DNA of 64,000 nt from an uncultured Gemmatimonadales bacterium (lineage in GTDB: Bacteria; Gemmatimonadota; Gemmatimonadetes; Palauibacterales; Palauibacteraceae), in NCBI GenBank assembly GCA_963807645.1, contig CAWECO010000009.1, forward strand, positions 66,214 through 130,213, read 5' to 3'. Positions within the stretch are counted from its first letter, which is position 1. Every line of letters begins with the position of its first letter. The translations under genes and the position numbers were made by a program. The notes below the pieces were generated by a model. It was not told the origin of the DNA. It saw nothing but the letters and a program-made list of their open reading frames with translations, and did not search any database. Below, one piece after another: positions 49,981 to 63,743 of the stretch.

Positions 49981-50090
49981 TTTTCCGTCCTGTGTCCTGG
50001 TTCGATGGTCAGACAGCTGGATCCTGTCCGGCTTCGGGAAAGTGCGCGAATCTCGTAATCGCGGAACGACCGCGCAAACCCCGCGCGACT

Positions 50091-51437
50091 TCAGTATTCG
50101 TCGCCGAGCGCGAAGATCGGCTGTCGTTTCGCCCACTGTCCGCGGGTGAAGTCGGGGAACGTGACGGGGTGGTTGCCCATGGCGATCGATTGCTCCGACA
50201 GCGGACCGATCACGCTCCATGCGGCCGCATCGTACACGTCGAGTGGCGTGGGCTCGCCGCGTTTCACGGCCTCCACGAACGCGTTCATGACGAAGAAGTC
50301 CATGCCGCCGTGGCCGCCACCTTCCGCGTCCTCCGCATACCGCTTCCACAGCGGGTGGTCGTACTTCTCCTGGTACTCGGCGAACGGCTCCCAGCGGTGC
50401 GCTTCCGGGCTCACTCCCTCGATGTAGATGGACCGGTTGTCGTTCATCCACAGGCCGCGCGTGCCCTGCACCCGGAACGCCAGGGAGTAGGGACGCGGAA
50501 GGTTGGTGTCGTGGCTGACCATGATGGTCTCGCCGTTCCGGGTGTGGATCATGGTCGTGACGATGTCTCCCAGCTTGAACCGGACGTCGGCGTTCGGATG
50601 ATCCTCGCCGCCCTGCGCCACGATGTACTCGTGCAGCCCCCGGGTCTTGGTGGCGTGCGACGTGAGAGACACGAACAGGTTGCCGCGGTTGATGTCCAGC
50701 CAGTGGGCCACCGGCCCGATCCCGTGCGTCGGGTACAGCTCGCCGTTCCGATGGATGGAGTGATGAGTGCGCCACACGGCCTCGCCGTTCGAGCCCGGGC
50801 CGAACTCGGCTCCCGGGTTGAACTTCACCGCGCGCAGATCGTGCTGGTACCCGCAGTGCAGGTGCATCATCTCCCCGAGCAGCCCTTCTCGAACGATCTG
50901 GAGAACCGCCATCACGTCTCGCCGGTAGCACACGTTCTCCATCATCATGAACGGCATCCCGGTGCGCTCCTGGGTCTCCACCAGGTCCCAGCATTCCTGC
51001 ACCGTCGTCGCCGCCGGCACCTCGACTCCCACGGCCTTGCCGCGCTCCATCGCGGCGATCGCCATCGGGGTGTGCCACAGCCACGGGGTGGCGATGATCA
51101 CCGCATCGATGTCGTCCCGCTCCAGGAGGTTCAGGTAGTCCTCTTCGCCAGCCGTGAACTGCCGGGGCGTAGCCCGACCAGCCTCCGTGACGGCGTCCGC
51201 CGCGCGCTGCGCCTTCTCGGGCACGATGTCGCACACGGCCCTGATCTCGGTGTCGTCCCGGCGAATGGCGAGACCCAGGAGCCAGGAGCCGCGGCCTCCC
51301 ATGCCGATGAAGCCGAGGCGGAGCTTGTCCGCGGAGTCCGCTCGGTCCCGACCCAGCAACGCTCCGGGCGCCAGGGACATGCCCAGGGCCGTGCTCGTGC
51401 CGGCTTTCACGAAGTCGCGTCTATCGAGGGGTGTCAT
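50091..51437 (-). CDS. Tat-exported Gfo/Idh/MocA-fold protein (GH109-like NAD-dependent glycosidase/oxidoreductase)
   Basis: Intact 448 aa. RRDFVKAGTSTALG twin-arginine signal. Rossmann LRLGFIGMGGRGS. Confidence 0.8.
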   Translation of the reverse strand: MTPLDRRDFVKAGTSTALGMSLAPGALLGRDRADSADKLRLGFIGMGGRGSWLLGLAIRRDDTEIRAVCDIVPEKAQRAADAVTEAGRATPRQFTAGEEDYLNLLERDDIDAVIIATPWLWHTPMAIAAMERGKAVGVEVPAATTVQECWDLVETQERTGMPFMMMENVCYRRDVMAVLQIVREGLLGEMMHLHCGYQHDLRAVKFNPGAEFGPGSNGEAVWRTHHSIHRNGELYPTHGIGPVAHWLDINRGNLFVSLTSHATKTRGLHEYIVAQGGEDHPNADVRFKLGDIVTTMIHTRNGETIMVSHDTNLPRPYSLAFRVQGTRGLWMNDNRSIYIEGVSPEAHRWEPFAEYQEKYDHPLWKRYAEDAEGGGHGGMDFFVMNAFVEAVKRGEPTPLDVYDAAAWSVIGPLSEQSIAMGNHPVTFPDFTRGQWAKRQPIFALGDEY

Positions 51438-52285
51438 GGGCTCTTCTCCAGTGGAGCGTTGGGGTCGGCCGGGAGCAGTTCCAGCTCGATCAGAACCGGC
51501 CTGTGGTCGGATGCCAGAGTCTCGGGGATGACGCGGTGTTCCCGCACGGCGAACCGGTCCCCCGGCCTGAACATGATGAAGTCGATCTCCCGCTCGGGCA
51601 CGTCGGAGGGAAACGTGAACGCCTGCCCGGTCTTCGCCGGCCTTCGCCAGCCTCCCGCTGATTCGAGCCGTTCGATGACTTCGGACTCGGGCGTCGAGTT
51701 GAAGTCTCCGGCGAGAACGACGGGCGCTTCTTCGTCCGCAAACAACTCGACCAGGCGCTCTGCCTGCGCCAGTCGCTCCTCGGCCGTCGCATACAGGTGG
51801 ACTCCGACCACCACGAGCCGCGGCGCCCTTCCGTATCCGGGGCGCAGGAGCTCAATCCGTGCGGCCAGGACGCTGCGCGGCTCGGCGCCGTCCGGAAGCC
51901 TGTGGTTCTCCCAATCCACGATCGGGTAGCGCGAAAGCAGGGCCATTCCGTAGCGCCCTCCGCGGTAGTCCATGAAGCCGCCGAACAGGGCCCGCATGCC
52001 CGTCAATTCACCCAGGCGGGTCGCCTGGTCCTCGAGCCCGGTGCGGGTCGTGACGCTGTCCACTTCTTGCAGCGTCACCACGTCGGGTTCCACGGAGAGG
52101 ATGACCGAGGCGATCCTCTCCAGGTCCACCTGGCCGTCCATCCCAAGGCCGTGCTTCACGTTGTACGCGAGGATACGAACGACGTCGGGATCGCTCTCCA
52201 CCTGGGCGCTGGCGGGTTGAGCGGCGAGCAGGGCGGCGGCCAGGATACCCAGCCGGAGCGCGACGAAGACCGGACGGCGTTCCAC
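51434..52285 (-). CDS. Endonuclease/exonuclease/phosphatase (EEP) family protein, secreted
   Basis: Intact 283 aa. ILAYNVKHG, DVVTLQEV, SDHRPVLIEL motifs. ATGA-type coupling to the neighbouring gene. Confidence 0.8.
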   Translation of the reverse strand: MERRPVFVALRLGILAAALLAAQPASAQVESDPDVVRILAYNVKHGLGMDGQVDLERIASVILSVEPDVVTLQEVDSVTTRTGLEDQATRLGELTGMRALFGGFMDYRGGRYGMALLSRYPIVDWENHRLPDGAEPRSVLAARIELLRPGYGRAPRLVVVGVHLYATAEERLAQAERLVELFADEEAPVVLAGDFNSTPESEVIERLESAGGWRRPAKTGQAFTFPSDVPEREIDFIMFRPGDRFAVREHRVIPETLASDHRPVLIELELLPADPNAPLEKSP

Positions 52286-52286
52286 G

Positions 52287-55515
<3,229 letters not shown>

Positions 55516-55597
55516 GTCCGAACTCCGAATCCAGGGTCGGGGATACGGGGAGGTTACCACGAAAGGCGGCCTCGCGGAACGGGTCCCGACAGGGGGA

Positions 55598-56659
55598 TCA
55601 GGGGCTCTCCGGGTACGAGAACTCGGTGGTCAGGATTTCCTCGGTGTAGAAGCTGAACGGCTCGCCCAGGCCGATCCCGCGTCCAGCCCGTTTCTGACGT
55701 TCCTCCAGCCACAACGGCAGCAGCGATACGGGGTCTGCCATCAACTCCACCCGCCCTTCCAGGACGAGCTCCTGAAACGTCAGCGCGTCGGCCTGGCCTT
55801 CAGCGTACTCCGCCGGGACCTCGCGGCCGGCCGCTGCCAGCAGCTGGGCGCCCAGCGAGTCCGCGAGAATCCGCGCGGCCTCGCCGATCGCACCTTGCGC
55901 AGGCCGGGTAACCATGACGAACACCGCGCACATCAGCCCCCCGCCCGGGGCCTCGCAGGCGATCTTTCGCGTGACGCCAGCCTGGACCGAGTAGTCGATG
56001 GCTGGGCCGGGAACGAGCGGGTTCGGCGCCTTCATGTCGGCCCCGAATACCTGGCCGATCTCCCAGTCCGTGGCGGCCCACTTGTCCACCAGGGAGGACC
56101 AGCGATCCGCCGCGAGCGACTCGATCATCTCGTCGTTGACCACCGAGGCCAGCAGCTCGTCGAGCAGGGCGAGGATCTCTGAATCACCACCCGCCAGCGC
56201 CTCGGCGACCGGGCGAATCGAGTTCTCGACCCGAAACCGGAAGCCCTCGATGTCGTCCACGCGTATGAACTCCCCCTGGTCCGAGACCACCAGGTTCGGG
56301 AGGCGCATCCAGTATTGCAGGTTGTCCGCCACCACCTCGTTGACCCGGGCGATCGGCGGGAGGCCTTCGGGGAAGTCGCCGTTGCGTTCGACGCGAATGT
56401 CCTCGTGCGCGATCAGGAGACCGTCCGGATGCTCGCTGACCACGATCGCGTACGTGGCCGATGAGACGCGGCCCGAATCCGATACGGCACCCTCACGCAG
56501 CACGCCGACCCGGCTCTCCGTCGCCGTGATCCGCATGCCCGGCTGCCAGCCGAAACCGGGTCGGAATGTCTCGCCCCGCTGCGCGACCGCGGGCGCGACC
56601 CAGGTCAGCGAAACCACCTGAAGAAGGAGGACGGCAGCCGCCAGAGTCGAACGAACCAT
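55598..56659 (-). CDS. Secreted hypothetical protein (353 aa)
   Basis: ATG 56659; signal MVRSTLAAAVLLLQVVSLTWVAPAVAQ. No family recognised. It is the 3' part of composite track ORF 55598..57040. Confidence 0.55.
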   Translation of the reverse strand: MVRSTLAAAVLLLQVVSLTWVAPAVAQRGETFRPGFGWQPGMRITATESRVGVLREGAVSDSGRVSSATYAIVVSEHPDGLLIAHEDIRVERNGDFPEGLPPIARVNEVVADNLQYWMRLPNLVVSDQGEFIRVDDIEGFRFRVENSIRPVAEALAGGDSEILALLDELLASVVNDEMIESLAADRWSSLVDKWAATDWEIGQVFGADMKAPNPLVPGPAIDYSVQAGVTRKIACEAPGGGLMCAVFVMVTRPAQGAIGEAARILADSLGAQLLAAAGREVPAEYAEGQADALTFQELVLEGRVELMADPVSLLPLWLEERQKRAGRGIGLGEPFSFYTEEILTTEFSYPESP

Positions 56660-56703
56660 GTGGCTTCCTTTCCCTGGTACGGCCCACCGAACCGAGCGGC
56701 GGG

Positions 56704-57895
56704 CTATCGAACGATGCGGCTCACCACGATTTCGGTCACGCCGCGTGTCCGCCGGCCGCAGCGAAACCACCCGGTAATCGGTGGCCCGGCCCGCGAACGC
56801 GACAGGAAACGGCGACCCCGCGGGCAGGGTGCCGAGATAGGCGCCGTCCGATTCATGTACGTCGATCGCCGGTGCACCCTCGCCCTTTACCAGGCCGCGA
56901 CGCACCCATATCGATCCGTCTGGAGCCACGGCGAGACCGGAGATCGCAGGAACGGTCTCGGCGAACCCGCGCGCGTCCACGAGCTCGGTCGGCGACACGC
57001 GGCATCGAACGGGCGCCGTCAGCTCCAGGCCGTCGCCCACTTCCTGCAGAGCCAGCTTCCCGGTTGACCGGACGGGCCTCCTGCTCTCGAACGATCTGTC
57101 GCTCCATCACCCCCCGGCGGAAGATCTCGATCTCGTATCCGGGGCCCGTGACAACCGCGACGAAATCGCCGCCGAGATCCCAGAGCAGGTGAGGCTCGAA
57201 GATCGGCTCCACCGGCAAGCCGCCGATCCCACAGTTCGGAAATGACGCCGTGACGGTCGTTCTGCATTCATCTCGGCCAGTACCCCGGTCCGGGTCTCGG
57301 CCGCGACCACGAGTTGGACGACGCGCCCTTCTCGCCCGTCGGACGCGAGTGATGGATAGAGGATTCCCCAGCTCGCCAGCTGCAGTTCCGGGCCCCAGAA
57401 GTTCGTCTCCAGTCGATCGAACGACGGTAGCCCTCCCGCCGATCCCCAGCGCGCGATTCCGCCGGCCGCGTGGTCGAAGACCGCCACTTCGCCGGCGGCC
57501 GTCACCGCGAGTGCGACCGGTTCGGACAACTCGCCCGGTCCCCGCCCCGGACGCCCGACACTCCCCACCTCGCGGCCTGAACGTCCGAACACGACGACAC
57601 GTCCGCCGTCGCCGTCCAGCACGTACAACCTTCCGTCCTCGTCCGCGCCGACTTCCCAGGGCGAGACTTCGGTGAAACGGACCTCGCCATCGACCTCGGG
57701 AGGAATCGTGAGAACGGTCTCGAACGTCCAGTCGAGGCTCGCATCCGGACCCCGAATCGCCACGAGCTCGATTCCGTTCTCGTCGGAACGTTCGATGGAC
57801 GGCCCCGGACTGGAAGCCGGGTCGCAGGCGGTGGCGAAGATCACCCCGGAGACGACGACCAGGAAGGTTCGGAATCCGGATATTCGCGCCGACAC
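56704..57895 (-). pseudogene. Lipoprotein with beta-propeller (NHL/6-bladed-like) repeats, about 4 frame breaks
   Basis: GTG 57895; lipobox FATAC. Repeated blade-like segments (GRLYVLDGDGGRVVVFGRSG; AAGEVAVFDHAAGGIARW; DGSIWVRR). Pieces lie in ORFs 57107..58471, 57019..57267, 56853..57218, 55598..57040. Breaks ~57262, 57215, 57065, 56745. Confidence 0.6.
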
Positions 57896-57912
57896 GGCTC
57901 CGAACGACAGGT

Positions 57913-58278
57913 TCAGGGAAGATCCTCCCTGACCAGGGTCAGGATCGCGGCCTGTGGGATCACCAGGTACGTCTTCCCTTCGAACTCGATCTCGACGGCC
58001 GCTCGGCGGAAGAAGAGGGCGTAGTCGCCCGGCTTCGCCTCCACGGGCATGTAGCGAGCCTCGCCCTGCCCGATCTTCCACGGTTCCTCGTCCAGCTCCG
58101 TGGGAGCGGAAACCGGGTTGCCTCGTCCCGTGGCGACGACGGTACCGCCCTGTACTTCCTTCTTGTCCACCGCGGTAGGCGGCAGGTACAACCCGACCCG
58201 GGTGCGCTCCTCCCCCTCCTCCGGAGACACCAGGATTCGGTCCCCGACGACGATCAGGCGCTTCTTCCAACCATCCAT
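57913..58278 (-). CDS. GroES/Cpn10-like protein (121 aa), not adjacent to any groEL
   Basis: GGAGG then ATG 58278. RLIVVGDRILVSPEEGEERTRVGLYLP ... GTVVATG pattern of the Cpn10 fold with a longer C-terminal part. Confidence 0.6.
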   Translation of the reverse strand: MDGWKKRLIVVGDRILVSPEEGEERTRVGLYLPPTAVDKKEVQGGTVVATGRGNPVSAPTELDEEPWKIGQGEARYMPVEAKPGDYALFFRRAAVEIEFEGKTYLVIPQAAILTLVREDLP

Positions 58279-58357
58279 TGGGTGCCTCCATGGGGGGCTG
58301 ACGGTGCCGACGCCGCTCAACATATCGGAACGCGCACGGGCAGGCGACGAAGGCATC

Positions 58358-58384
58358 TTGACTAGTCTGACTAGTTATTAATAT
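58358..58384 (+). promoter_or_regulatory. Promoter/operator candidate of the second TA pair
   Basis: TTGACT ... TAATAT (15-nt spacer, suboptimal). Direct repeat TGACTAGT x2 (58359-58366, 58368-58375), each containing the palindrome ACTAGT. The -10 box ends 7 nt before ATG 58392. Confidence 0.35.
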
Positions 58385-58391
58385 TTCGTTC

Positions 58392-58664
58392 ATGACTACG
58401 TATTCCCTGTACGAAGCCAAGGCCCGTTTCAGCGAGGTGATCCGCCTCGTTCGGAAGGGTCGAACCGTCACCGTTACCTACCGGGGAAGACCCGTGGCAC
58501 GGATACAGCCGGTTCCAGGAAGAGTCCTCCGCGCTCGAAGATCGCCTGCGGCGGTTGGAGGATGCCGGTGTGCTGGTGACTCCCAGCGAACCGTCGGTAG
58601 GGCTGGAGCGGGTTGCTCGAAGACCGGGAGCCTGGGAAGATTCCTGGCGGAACGAGACGAATGA
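58392..58664 (+). CDS. Phd/YefM-type antitoxin, two compensating frame breaks (~58515, ~58625)
   Basis: MTTYSLYEAKARFSEVIRLVRKGRTVTVTYRGRPVARIQPV is Phd/YefM-like. The middle part (EESSALEDRLRRLEDAGVLVTPSEP) is in ORF 58555 frame. It returns to the original frame and ends at a TGA overlapping the vapC ATG. Confidence 0.7.
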   Translation: MTTYSLYEAKARFSEVIRLVRKGRTVTVTYRGRPVARIQPVPGRVLRARRSPAAVGGCRCAGDSQRTVGRAGAGCSKTGSLGRFLAERDE

Positions 58665-59042
58665 ACGTCGCGTACGTCGACACGTCCTGCATGGTGGCGA
58701 TCGCGTTCGGCGAGGCCGGTGGAGAAGCTCTCGCCCGATCGAATCGAATCGATGGACCGCGTGTTCGCGTCGAACCTGCTCGAAGCCGAATTGAGAGCGA
58801 CCTTCGTGCGGGAGCGGGTTCCGGCCGACCATCCCCTGCTCGGACGCGTAACGTGGGTACTGCCGGACCGGCCGCTGGGTAGGGAGATCGGCGTCGTACT
58901 GGCCGCCGGTTACCTGCGCGGGGCAGACCTCTGGCACCTGGCCAGCGCCCTGTTCCTCGCCGGCAACCCGCGCGATTTACCGTTCGTCACCCTGGATGAG
59001 AGGCAGGAAGTGGTGGCCCGCAGGCTCGGATTCCCCAGCTGA
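58661..59042 (+). CDS. vapC: PIN-domain toxin (VapC-like), one frame break (~58725)
   Basis: MNVAYVDTSCMVAIAFGE (ORF 58613 frame) is continued by ORF 58719..59042 (FASNLLEAELRATF...GADLWHLASALFLA...FVTLDERQ). Confidence 0.7.
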
Positions 59043-59138
59043 TCCGCGCCGCGTCTTGACGGACCCCGGCCCCCGACCTATCACCCCTGCATGCGCGTAG
59101 CCGAAGCCGTCGTGAGCCCCTCACTCGAACCGGATAAG

Positions 59139-59566
59139 CAAGCCTGCAAATGAGCCTTCTTCATTTCTACCGCTCACCGGCTCAATCGGAATCCGCGCGG
59201 ATGGCGCTGCTCGATCGAGCTCGGGCTCATGTGTCGGCAAATATCTCGGACATACGCTCTGAAACGTGCTTCAATGTCGAAATCGCAAGGCCCTTGAGCG
59301 GCGCTGAAGAGCGAATCCTGACCTGGCTGCTGAGCGAGACGTTGAAAGCGGGTTACTCAGCAAGCCTGCTCAATGAGCCTTCTTCATTTCTACCGCTCAC
59401 CGGCGCAGTCGGAATCCGCGCGCCTGGCGCTGCTGGATCGAGCTCGGGCTCATGTGTCGGCGAGTATCACGGACGTACGGTCGGAAACGTGCTTCAATGT
59501 CGAAGTCGCAAGGCCTCTGAGCGGCGCTGAAGAGCGGATCCTGACCTGGCTGCTGAGCGAGACGTT
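59139..59566 (+). repeat. Tandem direct duplication (2 x ~205 bp, 222-bp period) of the purL start region
   Basis: Copy 1 is 59139-59343 (ATG 59150), copy 2 is 59361-59566 (ATG 59373). Both begin CAAGCCTGC..ATGAGCCTTCTTCATTTCTACCGCTCACCGG and end ..CTGACCTGGCTGCTGAGCGAGACGTT. About 15 mismatches. Confidence 0.9.
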
Positions 59567-62500
59567 CGAACCGCAGGGCTTCGCGGCGACGAGCTTTCTG
59601 CTCGACGGAATCGAGGAGGAGACGCTTCGGGCCGGAGCCTATGGGGCGCGGCTGCTGGAAGTCGGACCTCGCATGAGCTTCACGACCGCATGGTCCACGA
59701 ATGCGGTATCCGTGTGCCACGCCTGCGGGCTGTCGGCGGTCCGGCGAATCGAGCGCTCGCGGCGCTATCGCCTGCAGGCGGACGGGGGACTGGACGGAAG
59801 CCATGTCGACCGTTTCCTGGGTCTCGTGCACGACCGCATGACGGAGTGTCCGTATCCGGAGACGCTCGAGACCTTCGAACACGGAATCCACCCGAAGCCC
59901 GTGACGTACGATTCCGGTGGTCGAGAACGGACGATTTGCGCTCGAGCGCGTGAACCGGAGCATGGGACTCGCGTTCGACGATTGGGACCTCGACTACTAT
60001 ACGCGCCTGTTTCAGGATGAGGTGGGCCGCGACCCGACGGACGTCGAGCTGTTCGACATCGCTCAGTCCAACAGCGAGCACTCCCGCCACTGGTTCTTCA
60101 AGGGGCGTCTCGTCATCGACGGAACGGAAGCCCCGCGAAACCTGATGGAGCTGCTGCGAGCTCCGCTCGACGCCAATCCGGGCAACAGCGTCATCGCGTT
60201 CAAGGACAATTCGAGTGGCATCCGGGGATACCGAATTCGGACGCTGATGCCGGAGCATCCCGGAAAGCCAGGCCGAATGGTCCCGGCCGAAGCCGAATAC
60301 CACGTCATCTTCACGGCGGAGACCCACAATTTCCCGTCCGGGGTGGCCCCGTTCCCGGGCGCCGAGACGGGCACGGGCGGCCGCATTCGTGACGTCCACG
60401 CTGCCGGCAAGGGATCGCTGGTGGTGGCCGGCACGGCGGCGTACTGCGTCGGCAACCTCTACATCCCGGGCTATGAGCTTCCGTGGGAGGACCCGGATTT
60501 CGCCTATCCGTCCAACCTCGCCAGGCCGCTCGAGATCGAGATCGAAGCCTCGAACGGGGCCTCGGACTATGGCAACAAGTTTGGCGAGCCCCTGATCCAG
60601 GGCTACACCCGGTCTTTCGGAATGCGCACACCGAGCGGGGAGAGACGGGAGTGGATCAAGCCGATCATGTTCAGCGGCGGGATCGGACAGATCGATGGCC
60701 GACACACGGAGAAGGATCCTCCCGAGCCCGGAATGTGGGTCGTGAAGATCGGCGGCCCCGCCTACCGGATCGGGATGGGTGGGGGCGCCGCGTCCAGCAT
60801 GGTGCAGGGCGAGAACGTGGCCGAGCTGGACTTCAACGCCGTGCAGCGCGGCGATGCCGAGATGGAGCAGAAGGTCAATCGCGTCCTGCGGGCCTGCGTG
60901 GAGATGGGAGATGACAATCCGATCGTCAGCATCCACGACCAGGGCGCGGGCGGCAATTGCAACGTCTTGAAGGAAATCGTCGAACCGGCGGGCGCTCAGA
61001 TCGAGGTGCGCGACATCCCGGTGGGAGACGAGTCGCTGTCGGTGCTCGAGATCTGGGGCGCCGAGTACCAGGAGAACGACGCCCTGCTGCTGCGGGCGGA
61101 GCACGAAGACCTGTTCCGTTCGCTCGCCGATCGTGAGAAGGTACCGGTTGCGTTCGTCGGACGGGTCACGGGCGACGGACGCATCGTGCTGCACGACGAG
61201 ATCGACGGCTCGACTCCCGTGAACCTGGACCTCGACGCCGTCCTCGGCGACATGCCGCAGAAGACGTTCGAGCTCGCACGGGTCGACCCGCAATTGCTGC
61301 CGCTCGACCTCCCGGCCGACCTCTCGGTGGCGGATGCTCTGGATCGTGTCTTGCGGCTGCTCTCGGTGGGCTCGAAGCGGTTCCTCACGACCAAGGTGGA
61401 CCGGTGCGTGACCGGTCTGGTGGCGCGCCAGCCCACCGCCGGGCCCCTGCAGCTCACGGTGGCCGACGTCGCGGTGATCGGACAGAGCCATTTCGGCGTC
61501 ACGGGCGGGGCCACGGCGATCGGCGAGCAGCCGATCAAGGGCCTGCTGAACCCCGTCGCCATGGCCCGCATGTGCGTGGGCGAAGCGCTGACCAACCTGG
61601 TGTGGGCCCCGGTCAGCGCCCTCGAAGACGTGAAGTGCTCGGGCAACTGGATGTGGGCCGCCAAGCTCCCCGGCGAAGGCGCCGGACTGGCCATGGCCGC
61701 GGCCTCGCTTGCCGCCTGCCTGCTTCAACTCGGCATCGCGATCGACGGCGGCAAGGACAGCCTGTCCATGGCGGCGCTGGCCCCTGGCGAAGACGGCGAG
61801 GACGAGACCGTGAAGGCCCCGGGCTCGCTGGTCGTCTCCGCGTACGTCACGTGTCCCGATGTGACCAGGGTCGTGACGCCGGACCTCGAGCTTCGCGAAT
61901 CAGGACGGATCCTGTATGCCGACCTCGCCCACGGACTCACGCGGCTGGGCGGATCGTCCCTCGCCCACGTGTTCGGGCAGCTCGGCGACGACCCGCCGGA
62001 CCTCGGCGACCCGCCACAATTCAAGCGCGCCTTCGAAGTCACGCAGAGGCTGATCGGAGAAGGGCATGTGACGGCCGGGCACGACCGGAGTGACGGAGGT
62101 CTGGTCACGACGCTGCTGGAGATGGCGTTCGCCGGAAACTGCGGGCTCGAGATCGACGTGCCGGGCGACGCCTCCGATGCCATTTCGATCCTGTTCAACG
62201 AAGAGTTGGGGCTCGTGATGGAAGTCCCCGCGCATCGCGCGGAACGGGCGGTCAACATGTTCCAGGCCGCCAACGTCCCGTGCTATGACATCGGAAGGGC
62301 AGTCCCGGGCACGGAGATCCGGGTCGCCGTAGGCGGTCAGACCGTTCTCGAGGCGGACATGCGGGACCTGAGGGACACCTGGGAGGCCACCAGCTTCCAG
62401 CTCGACGCACTGCAGGCAAACCCCGCGTGCGTCGCCCAGGAGAGGGACGGCCTGCGCGACCGCGTCGCTCCCGTGTATGACGTGCCGTGGGAGATGGCGC

Positions 62501-63357
62501 CCACCGCGCCGGAGATCCTGATCAGGGCCGCCAAGCCCAAGGTCGCGATCGTGCGCGAGGAAGGCTCCAACTCGGACCGGGAAATGACCTCGGCCTTCTT
62601 CCTGTCCGGCTTCGAGCCGTGGGACGTGGCGATGTCCGACCTGCTGGCCGGCCGAATCCGCCTGGAGGGCTTTCACGGCATCGCGTTCGTGGGCGGCTTC
62701 AGCTACGCGGACGTCCTGGATTCGGCGAAGGGCTGGGCCGGCGTGATCCGATTCCATCCGGAGCTCGCCGAGCAGTTCAACGTCTTCGCGGCCCGTCCGG
62801 ACACGTTCACGCTCGGCGTGTGCAACGGCTGCCAGTTGGAAGCGCTTCTCGGTTGGGTCCCGTGGCGCGGCATCGAGGATCACCTGCAGCCGCGATTCAT
62901 CCACAACGCCTCCGACCGCTTCGAGTGCCGCTACACCACCGTGCGCATTCTCGAGAGCCCGTCGGTGATGTTGCGGGGCATGGAAGGCGCAACGCTCGGC
63001 GTGTGGCTGGCGCACGGCGAGGGCCGGGCGTTCTTCCCCGACGAAGAAGTCCTGAGACGAGTGGAAGCCGAGGGGCTCGCTCCGGTGCGCTTCGTGGACG
63101 ACGGGGGTGACGTGACCGAGCGCTACCCGTTCAACCCGAACGGCTCGGCGAACGGGATCGCCGCACTTTGCTCACCGGACGGCAGGCACCTGGCCATCAT
63201 GCCACACCCGGAGCGCGGCTTCCTCAGCTGGCAGTGCGCATGGAATCCGCCCGAATGGAGGGACGCGATACGGGCGGCCGCGGACCGGGGACAGCCGTTC
63301 CCTTCCCCGTGGCTGCGCATGTTCCAGAACGCCCGCGAGTGGTGCGAAGAGGCTTAG
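59373..63357 (+). CDS. purL: Phosphoribosylformylglycinamidine synthase, single-chain large PurL, one frame break (~59910)
   Basis: N-domain in ORF 59373..60020 is continued by ORF 59917..63357 (SNSEHSRHWFF, FPGAETGTGGRIRD, glutaminase LGVCNGCQL). Length mod 3 = 1. Confidence 0.95.
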
Positions 63358-63373
63358 AGATAGAGACGGTGCG

Positions 63374-63743
63374 CTAACTCCCGGCCCACACCAGCAGCGC
63401 GCCGAGCAGGACCCCGAGCAGCGACCAGCCACGAAACGCTCTGTCCGGCTTTTCGAGCCACCAGTCCGTCCACTTCTTCAGACGATCGAATCCGAGGATC
63501 GGCAGAGAGATCCCCGGAGAGAATGAGCAGCAGACCGAGGGCCCACACGAAGCCGGGCAGACGGGTGGACGGGGCGGCCAGCACGAACACGATCCCGAAA
63601 CCGATTCGTACGATCGAGAACACGGGCATCATGCCGCGCGTGATGAGATTCTCCAGGGACCAGCGTCCGCTTCGGGGCGAGACGAGGATCGCGAGACTGA
63701 TCGCCAGGAACAGGGCTCCGATCAGCGCGACGAAGAGGTTCAC
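63374..63743 (-). CDS. Small multi-TM membrane protein, one frame break (~63515, in a G run)
   Basis: MNLFVALIGALFLAISLAILV... in ORF 63354..63743. C-terminus (ISLPILGFDRLKKWTDWWLEKPDRAFRGWSLLGVLLGALLVWAGS) is in a shifted frame (my translation), stop 63374-63376. Confidence 0.55.

Noticed and set aside
59680-61728. Very long antisense ORFs: 59680..61728(-), 61900..63015(-), 52479..54686(+), 49992..51929(+), 47503..48909(-), 35838..37556(+), 39640..40827(-), 25740..27110(-), 24739..26100(-), 21106..22314(-), 29014..30204(-), 43235..44155(-)
   Set aside because: Each lies opposite or out of frame to a gene with clear family motifs. Their translations are Arg/Gly/Pro/Ala-rich low-complexity strings typical of stop-poor shadow frames in GC-rich DNA.
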